DNA of 64,000 nucleotides from assembly GCA_026417995.1 (NCBI GenBank), contig JAOACF010000003.1, forward strand, positions 1,737-65,736, read 5' to 3'. The notes under the pieces were generated by a model. The model was not told the origin of the DNA and did not search any database. It worked only from the letters and a program-made list of their open reading frames with translations. The DNA is from Negativicutes bacterium (lineage in GTDB: Bacteria; Bacillota; Negativicutes; Sporomusales; JAOACF01). The position numbers and the translations under genes were made by a program. The stretch's first letter is position 1; every line of letters begins with the position of its first letter. Shown piece by piece: positions 8,779-17,555 of the stretch.

Positions 8779-10164
8779 ATGGTTATTGATGATACGATAA
8801 GCGCCATTGCTACCGCAATTGGCGAGGGCGGCATCGGCATTATCCGTATGAGCGGGAGCCGGGCGGTGGCGATTGCCGACGGTTTTTTCCAGGGGGCTGG
8901 GGGGCGTAAGGTTCGAGATATCCAGCCTTTTCGGGCGGCCTATGGCAAGATTGTCGAACCGGATACCGGTCAGATGATTGATGAAGCGCTGATTTTAGTC
9001 ATGCGTGCCCCTCGCTCCTATACCCGCGAGGATGTTGTGGAAATACACTGTCACGGCGGTCCGGTTCCGCTGCGCCGGATTTTGGAGCTTACGCTGCGGG
9101 GCGGCGCCAGACTGGCTGAGCCGGGGGAATTTACTAAGCGAGCTTTTCTCAACGGCCGGCTTGATTTAACCCAGGCAGAAGCGGTTATTGATATTATCCG
9201 CTCTAAGACTGATGCATCGCTGAAAATGGCTGTCAGTCATTTATCAGGCCGTTTAGCGGCTAAAATAAATGATCTCCGGCAGCAAATCCTGGGCATGATT
9301 GCCCATTTAGAGGCGGCAATCGATTTTCCGGAAGAAGATATTGAGCAGATTGCGGCGGCAGAGGTGGCCGAACGAATAAGACCCGTGCTGGACGAAATTT
9401 CGCGGCTGCTGGCTTCTGCCCAGACCGGCCGCATTTTGCGCGAGGGCCTGGCAACAGTTATAATTGGCAAGCCCAATGTGGGTAAATCCAGTTTGCTCAA
9501 CGCCCTGCTCAGAGAAAAGAGGGCGATTGTTACCGACATACCCGGAACTACGCGGGATATAATAGAAGAATACGTCAATATCCGGGGAGTTCCGCTTAAA
9601 ATAGTCGATACCGCCGGTATCCGGGAAACAGCTGATATTGTGGAAAAAATCGGCGTGGAAAAAGCGCGTGAATTTGTCGCTAGCGCCGACCTTTTGCTGC
9701 TGCTGCTGGATGCATCGGCGCCGCTTACGCCGGAGGACAGGGAAGTGCTGGCGTTGCTGCCGGGCAAAGAGGCGCTGGTGCTTGTCAATAAAAGCGACTT
9801 GCCGGCAAGGTTGGAAATTGAGGAAGTGGAGCGACTGATTGGCGGCAGACAGATGATCCGTATTTCCGTGTTGGAAGGAACCGGCCTCGATGAGCTGGAG
9901 CAAAGCATTGTCGACCGGGTATACAGCGGCCAGATTACGCAGGGTGAAGGGGCTTTTGTCAATAATGTGCGGCACGGCAATCTTTTGCGTCAGGCCAAAG
10001 AACGCCTGGAAGAGGCGCTGAACTCGATCGCTGCGGCAATGCCGCTGGATTGCTTCGTCGTCGATCTCCGTGCTGCCTGGGAAAAACTGGGAGAAATAAC
10101 CGGCGACACGGTGAGTGAGGATATTGTGGATCGGATATTTGCCGATTTCTGCATCGGCAAGTAA
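8779..10164 (+). CDS. mnmE: tRNA modification GTPase MnmE
   Basis: ATG at 8779 preceded by GAGGTGG. GKPNVGKSSLLN, DTAGIR, C-terminal CIGK. Confidence 0.95.
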   Translation: MVIDDTISAIATAIGEGGIGIIRMSGSRAVAIADGFFQGAGGRKVRDIQPFRAAYGKIVEPDTGQMIDEALILVMRAPRSYTREDVVEIHCHGGPVPLRRILELTLRGGARLAEPGEFTKRAFLNGRLDLTQAEAVIDIIRSKTDASLKMAVSHLSGRLAAKINDLRQQILGMIAHLEAAIDFPEEDIEQIAAAEVAERIRPVLDEISRLLASAQTGRILREGLATVIIGKPNVGKSSLLNALLREKRAIVTDIPGTTRDIIEEYVNIRGVPLKIVDTAGIRETADIVEKIGVEKAREFVASADLLLLLLDASAPLTPEDREVLALLPGKEALVLVNKSDLPARLEIEEVERLIGGRQMIRISVLEGTGLDELEQSIVDRVYSGQITQGEGAFVNNVRHGNLLRQAKERLEEALNSIAAAMPLDCFVVDLRAAWEKLGEITGDTVSEDIVDRIFADFCIGK

Positions 10165-10348
10165 TGTAGGTGTTTGATAAGCGTTGGCTAGCATTGTCTC
10201 TTTTACTCGGCGCATCCTCGACGTATAAAAAGAGTGCGCCGCCGGTGCGCTGAGCTTGGTTTTGAGCTATCTCCGCTTCGGAAACGCTTACGGTCTACCA
10301 CGCTGTTTCGAATTTATTGGATGCTTGCTATCAGGAGTGTGATTCTAT
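10165..10348. repeat. Structured, non-coding mnmE-mnmG spacer (possible degenerate REP-like element)
   Basis: 184 nt with nested complementary segments: TAAGCGTT 10182-10189 / AACGCTTA 10293-10300, CTCTTTTA / TAAAAGAG, GGCGCA / TGCGCC. No ORF with an SD. Confidence 0.3.
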
Positions 10349-12229
10349 TTGTATTCCGCAGGTTCTTACGATGTGGTCGTCATCGGCGCCGGGCATGCCG
10401 GGTGCGAAGCGGCTTTGGCCGCTGCCCGCATGGGTTGTCGCACGCTGCTCACGACATTGAATATGGATAATATTGCGATGATGCCGTGCAATCCGGCTGT
10501 AGGCGGACCGGCCAAAGGGCACTTGGTACGGGAAATTGACGCCCTGGGCGGCGAGATGGGTATCAATACTGACCGGACGGCTATTCAGGCGCGCATGCTG
10601 AATACTGGCAAAGGCCCGGCCGTTCACGCGCTGCGGGCACAGGCTGACAAAAAATTGTATCAGCAGACAATGAAAGAGACGCTGGAGCATCAGGCCCGGC
10701 TGGATGTCAAGCAACTGCTCGTCGATAAGGTGATTGTCCGAAACGGCTGCGTCGAGGGAGTCGAGACCGAAACCGGCGAGGTCTATCGTTGCCAGACGGT
10801 CATTATTGCCACAGGCACCTATTTAAGAGGAAAAATTATCATGGGCGATGTGGCGTACTCCGGCGGGCCTAACGGTCAGCGGGCTGCTGAGAAGCTGACG
10901 TTATCTCTCAAGGAGGCCGGCATTAGGCTGATGCGGTTTAAAACAGGAACGCCGGCGAGGGTGGATGCCAAATCTCTGGATTACGCGAAAATGATCATTC
11001 AGCCCGGGGATGAAACGGTACACAATTTTTCGTTTATGAGCGATATTAAAACACGGGTGCAAGTGCCCTGCTGGCTTACATACACTAACGAAAAAACCCA
11101 TCAGATCATCCGGGACAACCTGCACCGTGCACCGCTGTATACCGGGATGATCGAGGGAACAGGGCCGCGTTACTGTCCGTCGATTGAAGATAAGGTAGTT
11201 CGTTTTGCCGAAAAACAGTCGCACCAGCTGTTTATTGAGCCGGAGGGGCTAAATACTGTTGAAATGTACGTACAGGGAATGTCGACCAGCCTGCCGGCAG
11301 ATGTGCAGTATGCCTTTTTGCGGACAATTCCCGGACTGGAAAACGTTCAGATCATGCGCTACGGCTACGCTATCGAATATGACTGCGTCGACCCGACACA
11401 ACTTAAACCCACGCTGGAGTTTAAGCAAATCAAAGGATTGTTCTCAGCCGGACAGGCCAACGGAACCTCAGGCTACGAGGAGGCGGCCGCGCAGGGACTT
11501 ATCGCCGGTATCAACGCCGCGTTGCTGATACAAGAAAAAGACCCGTTTATTTTATCCCGCGCGGACGCGTATATCGGCGTCCTGATTGATGATCTGGTAA
11601 CAAAGGGGACGAATGAACCTTACCGGATTATGACTTCGCGCGCCGAATACCGGCTGATATTGCGTCAGGATAATGCCGATTTACGTCTTACCGAAAAGGG
11701 GTATAAGATCGGCTTGGTTTCACAGGAGCGTTATTTTCGCTTTACGGTTAAGCGCGATGCGATTGAACGCACGCTGACCCTGCTTAGAGTCACACCGCTT
11801 ACGCCCGCACCGGAAATACAAGCGAAACTCCGGGCTTTGGGCACTGCGGAGCTGCGTACCGGCATCAGCCTCTATGACCTGCTGCGCCGGGTGGAGGTTG
11901 ATTATGATGGGCTGCGGCAGCATTTCGCTATTTTGCCTGAACTTGATCCCATTGTACGCGAACAAATCGAAATAGCCATTAAATACGAAGGTTATATCCA
12001 AAAGCAGTTTGAGCAGGTGGAACGGGCCGGCAAGCTGGAGGCAAAAACAATACCCGCTGATATTGATTATGCGGCAATTAGCGGCCTTTCCCGGGAAGCG
12101 CGGCAGAAGCTCGAACAAATACGTCCGCTGTCTGTTGGCCAAGCTTCCCGTATCTCGGGAGTCTCGCCGGCGGATATATCCATCTTGATGGTTTATCTCG
12201 AACAGCGGCGGCGCAAGGGGGAAGAGTAG
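10349..12229 (+). CDS. mnmG: tRNA uridine 5-carboxymethylaminomethyl modification enzyme MnmG (GidA)
   Basis: [26 protein letters not shown]-binding motif; 626 aa; TTG start. Confidence 0.95.
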   Translation: MYSAGSYDVVVIGAGHAGCEAALAAARMGCRTLLTTLNMDNIAMMPCNPAVGGPAKGHLVREIDALGGEMGINTDRTAIQARMLNTGKGPAVHALRAQADKKLYQQTMKETLEHQARLDVKQLLVDKVIVRNGCVEGVETETGEVYRCQTVIIATGTYLRGKIIMGDVAYSGGPNGQRAAEKLTLSLKEAGIRLMRFKTGTPARVDAKSLDYAKMIIQPGDETVHNFSFMSDIKTRVQVPCWLTYTNEKTHQIIRDNLHRAPLYTGMIEGTGPRYCPSIEDKVVRFAEKQSHQLFIEPEGLNTVEMYVQGMSTSLPADVQYAFLRTIPGLENVQIMRYGYAIEYDCVDPTQLKPTLEFKQIKGLFSAGQANGTSGYEEAAAQGLIAGINAALLIQEKDPFILSRADAYIGVLIDDLVTKGTNEPYRIMTSRAEYRLILRQDNADLRLTEKGYKIGLVSQERYFRFTVKRDAIERTLTLLRVTPLTPAPEIQAKLRALGTAELRTGISLYDLLRRVEVDYDGLRQHFAILPELDPIVREQIEIAIKYEGYIQKQFEQVERAGKLEAKTIPADIDYAAISGLSREARQKLEQIRPLSVGQASRISGVSPADISILMVYLEQRRRKGEE

Positions 12230-12946
12230 ATGGAATTTCTGCAGGCGCTGCAAGGCGCACTTGCTGCCTACGGCCTTAAGGTTACGGATGAGCAGTGTGC
12301 GGCGATGAATCGCTACTATGAGCTTTTGCTTGCATGGAATGAAAAAATGAACTTGACGGCTATTACCCAGCCACAAGAGGTTGCTGTCAAGCATATGGTA
12401 GATTCCCTGTCTTGTCTTGATCCGGAATTTATACCGCCGGACAGTGCCCTGATCGATGTGGGTACAGGCGCCGGCTTCCCCGGCCTTCCGCTCAAAATTG
12501 TTCGACCGGATATTAGGCTGACCCTCCTTGATTCCCTCAATAAGCGGCTGAACTTTTTGCAAGAAGTCACATCCGCGCTAAAGCTTAAGCATGTGGATAT
12601 TGTGCATGGGCGGGCAGAGGAAACGGGAAAGTCCAAGCAGTACCGCGAGCGCTTTCAGGTTGCCACTGCCCGGGCAGTCGCGCGTCTGAATGTCCTTTGT
12701 GAGTTATGCCTGCCGTTTGTGGCAGTAGGTGGCTATTTTATCGCTTTAAAAGGGGCTCAATACCAGGAAGAGCTTGGCGAAGCCCAAAATGCCCTCCGCC
12801 TGCTGGGTGGGGACGTGGCGCACATACGACCGGTAAAGCTGCCGGGACTTGATGATGTGCGCGCCGTTATATATATTCGCAAAATTGCCGCTACCCCCGG
12901 GGAATACCCTCGCCGCCCGGGAATGCCGGAAAAAAAGCCGCTCTAA
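12230..12946 (+). CDS. rsmG: 16S rRNA (guanine527-N7)-methyltransferase RsmG
   Basis: LIDVGTGAGFPGLPLKI SAM motif. ATG abuts the mnmG stop. Confidence 0.92.
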   Translation: MEFLQALQGALAAYGLKVTDEQCAAMNRYYELLLAWNEKMNLTAITQPQEVAVKHMVDSLSCLDPEFIPPDSALIDVGTGAGFPGLPLKIVRPDIRLTLLDSLNKRLNFLQEVTSALKLKHVDIVHGRAEETGKSKQYRERFQVATARAVARLNVLCELCLPFVAVGGYFIALKGAQYQEELGEAQNALRLLGGDVAHIRPVKLPGLDDVRAVIYIRKIAATPGEYPRRPGMPEKKPL

Positions 12947-13009
12947 TATGGAGGAACTTGTCTTTAGTGCGCCGAATCAGAGAAAGAATATGGTGTAAGG
13001 GGTGTCTGT

Positions 13010-13891
13010 ATGAAAAGCTTCGCCAGATTTCTTGGGATCGGCTCTGATGAAGATCAGGCAGCGCAAGTTGTTATAGATAATGTCGCGGTCACGGGGGAAG
13101 AAAAAGCGGGTTTCAAACAGGTGCCTGTCGGCGAGATAGTTCCCAATCCGTATCAGCCGCGGAAACTTTTTTATGATGAGGCTCTGCAGGAGTTAGCCGA
13201 TTCCATCCGTGAGCACGGCGTTATTCAGCCGCTGTTAGTGCGGCGCAAAGAGGGACGGTTTGAACTGATTGCGGGGGAAAGACGCCTCCGTGCATCGAAA
13301 ATTGCCGGTTTGCAGGAAGTACCGGTCATTATCAAAGAGATTGACGATAAAGAAATGGCCGAACTGGCCATGCTGGAAAACCTGCAGCGGGAAGACCTGC
13401 ATTTTCTTGAGGAAGCGCAGGGATTTCAGCATCTTATTTCCCAATTTGGTTTCACGCAGGAAGAACTCGCCAGGCGCCTCGGCAAAAAGCAGTCGACGAT
13501 TGCCAATAAGCTGCGGCTGCTCAAGCTGTCCGGTGACGTGCAGACGATTTTGGTGGACGAAAATCTTACTGAACGCCATGCGCGGGCGCTGCTCAAGGTG
13601 GAAGACGAGCAGAAACAAAAGGAAATACTGAACACCATTCGGCAAAAAAACTTAAATGTGCGGGAAACGGAAGAGCTTATCGAGGAAATTATTGAAGATA
13701 TTTCCCGGGAAATGTCGAAAAAGGGCCCAAAACAGAGTGTCGTCCGGGTGATCCGGGATATCCGCATCTTTGTTAATACCATTAACTCGGTTGTCGCCGA
13801 AATGAAGAAGGCGGGACTGAAAGTAAAAGTTACGCAAAATCAGGATGACGATTATATTACAATTAATTTGCGCATACCTAAAAGACGATAA
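13010..13891 (+). CDS. noc: Nucleoid occlusion protein Noc (ParB paralog)
   Basis: N-terminal amphipathic MKSFARFLGIG. ParB box GERRLRAS, HTH segment. Noc-type C-terminus (IRIFVNTINSVV...YITINLRIPK). Follows rsmG as in Bacillus. Confidence 0.85.
   Translation: MKSFARFLGIGSDEDQAAQVVIDNVAVTGEEKAGFKQVPVGEIVPNPYQPRKLFYDEALQELADSIREHGVIQPLLVRRKEGRFELIAGERRLRASKIAGLQEVPVIIKEIDDKEMAELAMLENLQREDLHFLEEAQGFQHLISQFGFTQEELARRLGKKQSTIANKLRLLKLSGDVQTILVDENLTERHARALLKVEDEQKQKEILNTIRQKNLNVRETEELIEEIIEDISREMSKKGPKQSVVRVIRDIRIFVNTINSVVAEMKKAGLKVKVTQNQDDDYITINLRIPKRR
13700..13713. promoter_or_regulatory. Perfect Noc-binding-site palindrome inside noc
   Basis: ATTTCCCGGGAAAT at 13700-13713 is an exact match to the 14-bp B. 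subtilis NBS consensus. Confidence 0.8.
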
Positions 13892-13901
13892 TTGCCGCAC
13901 A

Positions 13902-13928
13902 ATACCGCCGCCGGGCGGTATTTTTTTG
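13902..13928 (+). terminator. Intrinsic terminator after noc
   Basis: ATACCGCC-GCCG-GGCGGTAT followed by T7. Confidence 0.85.
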
Positions 13929-13949
13929 TTATGCTAGGAGACTATAAGT

Positions 13950-14062
13950 TTCGTGTCAGCGTGAGCGCTAGCGTGGCGATCTCCAGACGAGATTGCTTCA
14001 CGCCGCTGGGCTTCGTTCGCAATGACACAACACTAAATAGACCGCGTCAGCGGTTTTTTTAT
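13950..14062 (+). repeat. Long imperfect hairpin element followed by its own terminator
   Basis: Nested pairings: GTGTCA/TGACAC (outer), AGCG/CGCT, GCGTGGCGATCTC-CAGAC-GAGATTGCTTCACGC (inner). Then ACCGC-GTCA-GCGGT plus T7 (14039-14060). The sequence resembles a widespread short intergenic repeat that ORF callers translate as ...RRDCFTPLGFVRND.... Confidence 0.45.
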
Positions 14063-14137
14063 GTCGCATGCTTACACCGTTTTATTATGAAAAACATATT
14101 ATGTAGCAAAAGTCCTTTAGTACCGGGGGGATTGAAT

Positions 14138-14953
14138 ATGGATGTCTTCTGCAAAGAGTTTACGCCTTTTGGGCAGCTTTCCCTGCATGAAGTCTGCTTT
14201 TGGCTGCATATTATGCGGGATCATGCTTTGTTTATTAAAATGGCGCTGGATTGCGACAATCAGGAATTACGGCAGGAAGCCGATACAATCTATCAGGCGT
14301 TTGCCGACTTGGAAAATAGTGCGCAGGAGATTGGCTGCGACGATGATTTAATGGTATTGATCGAAAGGGCTATTCCTGTAGTGAAGCGGTTTTTTGCTTT
14401 TAAACGCCATCTGCTGCATCTGGTCATGGAATGTCGCATTCATAGCCATAATCCGGCTGCATTTTACGATCATGTATCACGGGAGGCGCTGTATTTTCTC
14501 AAAGTGATGCAAAGAATAGATGATTGCCGGAAAAACCCTGCTGAGGCAATGACCGGCGAGATGGTGTTCTGGACGAAAATTCTGTTTGAGCATATTATGT
14601 TTTTTCTGAACATGCTGGATCTGTCCGAGCGCCAGACGGCGGCTAAGGCGGTAGAAATGAGCAAGCAAATGGAAGAACTGCATTTTGCGGCGCATGACTA
14701 TAATCATATGCTGTGGCGTTTTCATCCGGCTTCCAGTTTTAGCCGCTATACCGGGGAGGTGGCAGCCGCGACAGAAGAGTTGCGCGACTTTAAGGCAGCG
14801 GTGTCGGCGTTGATCAGCGAGTGCTGCCTGAATTCCACCATGCCGCCGGAAATGGCTGAGCATGTTTTGCATGAAGCGGAACATTTCCTGCACGTAATTG
14901 AATTGATTGCAGGCCAGTTGGTGCCGTCCCCGGCAGCTAAATGTGAAGACTGA
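14138..14953 (+). CDS. DUF2935-family protein (two helical repeats)
   Basis: Start trimmed to MDVFCKEF (ATG 14138, SD GGGGGGA). LHEVCFWLHIMRDHALFIKMAL and a second ...WTKILFEHIMFFLNML repeat resemble DUF2935. Confidence 0.6.
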   Translation: MDVFCKEFTPFGQLSLHEVCFWLHIMRDHALFIKMALDCDNQELRQEADTIYQAFADLENSAQEIGCDDDLMVLIERAIPVVKRFFAFKRHLLHLVMECRIHSHNPAAFYDHVSREALYFLKVMQRIDDCRKNPAEAMTGEMVFWTKILFEHIMFFLNMLDLSERQTAAKAVEMSKQMEELHFAAHDYNHMLWRFHPASSFSRYTGEVAAATEELRDFKAAVSALISECCLNSTMPPEMAEHVLHEAEHFLHVIELIAGQLVPSPAAKCED

Positions 14954-15025
14954 GCGGGAGGGTATGTATATTCTGGATCTCCTTTCACAAAACTAACAGT
15001 AATACCAAAAGAAGGGGGATCGAAG

Positions 15026-15229
15026 ATGGATAAACTGGCACTGATTCTGGTCATTGTAGGTGCGTTAAACTGGCTGCTGGTGGGGGTAATGCAATTTGAC
15101 CTGGTAGCTTCGTTATTTGGAGGACAAGGCTCCCTTATTAGCCGGGCAGTATATACGCTGGTCGGATTGGCCGGAATTTGGTCGATTTCGCTTTTGATGC
15201 GCGACTGGGGAAGCCGGGTGCGACGCTGA
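15026..15229 (+). CDS. DUF378 small membrane protein
   Basis: 67 aa, LILVIVGALNWLLVGVMQFDLVASLFGG signature. Confidence 0.75.
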   Translation: MDKLALILVIVGALNWLLVGVMQFDLVASLFGGQGSLISRAVYTLVGLAGIWSISLLMRDWGSRVRR

Positions 15230-15270
15230 CTAATAAGACCTGCGGAATTGTGCCGCAGGTCTTATTAGTC
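15228..15270. terminator. Perfect 18-bp inverted repeat after the DUF378 gene (no U-tract)
   Basis: GACTAATAAGACCTGCGG-AATTGTG-CCGCAGGTCTTATTAGTC. Confidence 0.5.
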
Positions 15271-15364
15271 ACATAGCCGAAAATATGCTGCAATCAGGCG
15301 GAGGAAGCGTGCTTTCGCCAAGATTCTGTATCCGCCTCCTGCTTCAAAAACCTAGTTGGTGTTT

Positions 15365-16105
15365 TTAGCTGGCACGCTTCTTGTTTTTATTGCCTGGCGG
15401 CGCCAGCGGCGGTTTGGTCTGAGCCGTCTTGGCGCCAGGAAGTGGCAGCGGCTGGAGCTGTCGCAGCGTACCTAGTTTAATTTCCCGGACATCTTCTAAG
15501 TCTGCGCTAAAATCTATTGCTGCGCCGTTCACAATTTCATACCGCTTCGTGTATGGCGCCAGCAGCAGACTGAGCTGTTCGGCGTTGTTCGTTTGCCGGC
15601 GGTAGATATCCGGATATATCTTGAGATACAGGCCATCGGCTTTTTCCACGATTTCCATGGTCTGATAGCGGATAATCACCGGCGTCCCCAAGGGGACTTT
15701 GTCATATAGCTCACGGGCGTCGGCATCTTGCATGCGTATACAGCCGCCGGAGACAGGATAACTGATATCCCAGCCTTTATTGGTGCCATGAATGCCATAG
15801 TTAGGACTAAATTCCATCCAGCGTGAGCCGAGCGGGTTCTCCGGTCCCGGCGGAACGGGCGTCCGGTCGGTAAAATTAGTGCCGGGATACCAGGTCGGAT
15901 ATTCTTGCTTCATAAATATTTGAAAGGAACCGGTGGGGGTTTGTTCGTAAGGTGTGCCGACGGCGATGCTGTATGTTTTTACAATCTGACCGTTGTCAAT
16001 AAGGTTTAAGGCATAGGCGGGGATGTTGATGTGAATTTCGGGACTTGCGAGTGCGGAGGATAGGGCAATAAAGTAGATGACGATTAAGCTGCATAGTATG
16101 CGCAT
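15365..16105 (-). CDS. L,D-transpeptidase (YkuD domain), secreted
   Basis: Start trimmed to MRILCSLIVIYFIALSSALA (signal peptide; SD GGGAGG). Catalytic HGT...SGGCIRM motif. Confidence 0.85.
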   Translation of the reverse strand: MRILCSLIVIYFIALSSALASPEIHINIPAYALNLIDNGQIVKTYSIAVGTPYEQTPTGSFQIFMKQEYPTWYPGTNFTDRTPVPPGPENPLGSRWMEFSPNYGIHGTNKGWDISYPVSGGCIRMQDADARELYDKVPLGTPVIIRYQTMEIVEKADGLYLKIYPDIYRRQTNNAEQLSLLLAPYTKRYEIVNGAAIDFSADLEDVREIKLGTLRQLQPLPLPGAKTAQTKPPLAPPGNKNKKRAS

Positions 16106-16234
16106 ATTGTGCCTCCCTGTCAAATTTAGGCGCTTCTTCCCATATTTTTTATATCCGGGAAAACTATATCCCCGGTATATTCAGGAAAGAGAGCAAGACA
16201 TTGGTTTTTAAGGAAGGAAGGCACAGGTTTGCTA

Positions 16235-16345
16235 TAGTTTTCAGGAATTCAGAATACAGAAGTCAGGATTCAGCATAAAGAGTCTTAGAATACATCGGGA
16301 TTCGCCGGTTCCCCATCCTGAATTCTGCAACTTGAATCCCGTGCG
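16235..16345. repeat. Imperfect inverted repeat built from TCAGGA/TTCAGAA-type short motifs
   Basis: Left arm ATTCAGAATACAGAAGTCAGGAT versus the rc of the right arm ATTCAAGTTGCAGAATTCAGGAT (18/23 identical), in the ldt/GT divergent spacer. Confidence 0.4.
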
Positions 16346-16424
16346 GGAAATTTTTGTGCTCACACCGGCTTTATGGTACTATATAGTATGAGCTGAGGAT
16401 TATTCTGGTTTGGAGGTGAGGCTT

Positions 16425-17537
16425 ATGGCGCGCAAACACCGTATCCTGATAATAACTGCTTCGGTCGGCAGCGGACATACGCAGGCGGCGCTGGCAATTA
16501 AACAAGCTTTGAAAAAAGAGTACGGCCATAATGCCTCAATCGTTGACTTCTTGTCAGGCGGCGGCAGGTATATTGGCAAGGTGGTCAAGTCCACTTATTT
16601 TCAAGCGTTAAAGATTTTTCCGGAAATCTGGGATTATGTTTACCGGTACAGCAATGAACCGCGTTATGGCGACAAAATCAAGAGCGTACTGCAGCTGGCA
16701 TCGGAACGTTATATGCAGCGGATTATCCGCCGTTATTCGCCGGATGTTATTTTATTTACGCATCCTTTTCCCTGTGCGGCTGCGGCCGGCCTGAAAAAGG
16801 ATGGGGAGCTAGCCGCGCCGCTTATCGGCGTTGTAACCGACTATGCCGTTCACCGGCTATGGGAGTATCCCGAAATCGACCATTACTGCGTAGCTACTGA
16901 TGAGGCTGCGCAGGAACTTTTGAGCCAGGGATTTTCGCCTGCGGTAATTCATAATGTGGGCATTCCGGTGCGCGAGCCGTTTTGGGAAAGGCCGGACGTT
17001 TCGCCGCAGAAGGGCAATGTTCTGATTATGGGCGGAGGCATGGGTATGGGACTGACCGCTGAGGCCATCCGCGCCGTGAGCGGCATACCCGGTGTACAGA
17101 GCGTAAAAGCGGTTTGCGGCAGCAATTCCCGGCTTTATCAAATTTTGAAAGCGTCGGAAGCAAGGGTGTCCCGGCTTCATGTATACGGTTTTACGCAAAA
17201 AGTGCCGCAGCTTATGGCGGAGGCCGAACTTTTAGTTACCAAGCCGGGAGGCCTTACCGCCAGCGAGGCGCTGGCCCTGGGCCTGCCGATGGTGCTGATT
17301 GATGCCATTGGCGGACAGGAGGAAGATAACGCCGCTTTTCTGGTAGAGCGCGGCGCGGCACGGATTGCCCGCAGCATGGCGGAGCTGGAGATGCATGTCG
17401 CCGAGCTGTTGGCTGCGCCGGATACGCTGCAGGCTATGCGCCGGCAGGCGCAAAGCCTGGGAAAGCCGAAAGCCGCCCAAGCCGTGGCAGAAATTATTAT
17501 GCAGTCATTGACAGTAAAAGAGCGCCCGTTAGCTTAA
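16425..17537 (+). CDS. Glycosyltransferase family 28, MGDG-synthase/UgtP-like diacylglycerol glycosyltransferase
   Basis: Start trimmed to MARKHRILIITASVGSGHTQAA (SD GGAGGTG). C-terminal GT-B motif KPGGLTASEALALGLPMV. Confidence 0.75.
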   Translation: MARKHRILIITASVGSGHTQAALAIKQALKKEYGHNASIVDFLSGGGRYIGKVVKSTYFQALKIFPEIWDYVYRYSNEPRYGDKIKSVLQLASERYMQRIIRRYSPDVILFTHPFPCAAAAGLKKDGELAAPLIGVVTDYAVHRLWEYPEIDHYCVATDEAAQELLSQGFSPAVIHNVGIPVREPFWERPDVSPQKGNVLIMGGGMGMGLTAEAIRAVSGIPGVQSVKAVCGSNSRLYQILKASEARVSRLHVYGFTQKVPQLMAEAELLVTKPGGLTASEALALGLPMVLIDAIGGQEEDNAAFLVERGAARIARSMAELEMHVAELLAAPDTLQAMRRQAQSLGKPKAAQAVAEIIMQSLTVKERPLA

Positions 17538-17555
17538 CGGACGCTCTTTTACTGT
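17511..17555. terminator. 45-nt near-perfect palindrome spanning both stop codons of convergent genes (bidirectional terminator candidate)
   Basis: ACAGTAAAAGAGCGCCCGTTA-GCT-TAACGGACGCTCTTTTACTGT, 20 of 21 positions paired. TAA of the GT gene is at 17535-17537 and the metH stop (rc) is at 17529-17531. Confidence 0.6.

Noticed and set aside
9307-10215. 302-aa minus-strand ORF antisense to mnmE. Similar long antisense or alternate-frame ORFs lie at 9237-9980, 11720-12562, 21526-22101, 39617-40216, 43117-43716, 51553-52356 and 55722-56285.
   Set aside because: They lie entirely within well-supported conserved genes and have low-complexity Arg/Ser/Ala/Pro-rich composition typical of off-frame reading of GC-biased codons. 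They have no SD or promoter context.
13892-14137. 82-codon N-terminal extension of the DUF2935 ORF in the track (MPHNTAAGRYFF...).
   Set aside because: It reads through the noc terminator, a repeat hairpin and a second terminator. A proper SD plus ATG at 14138 matches the start of the family.
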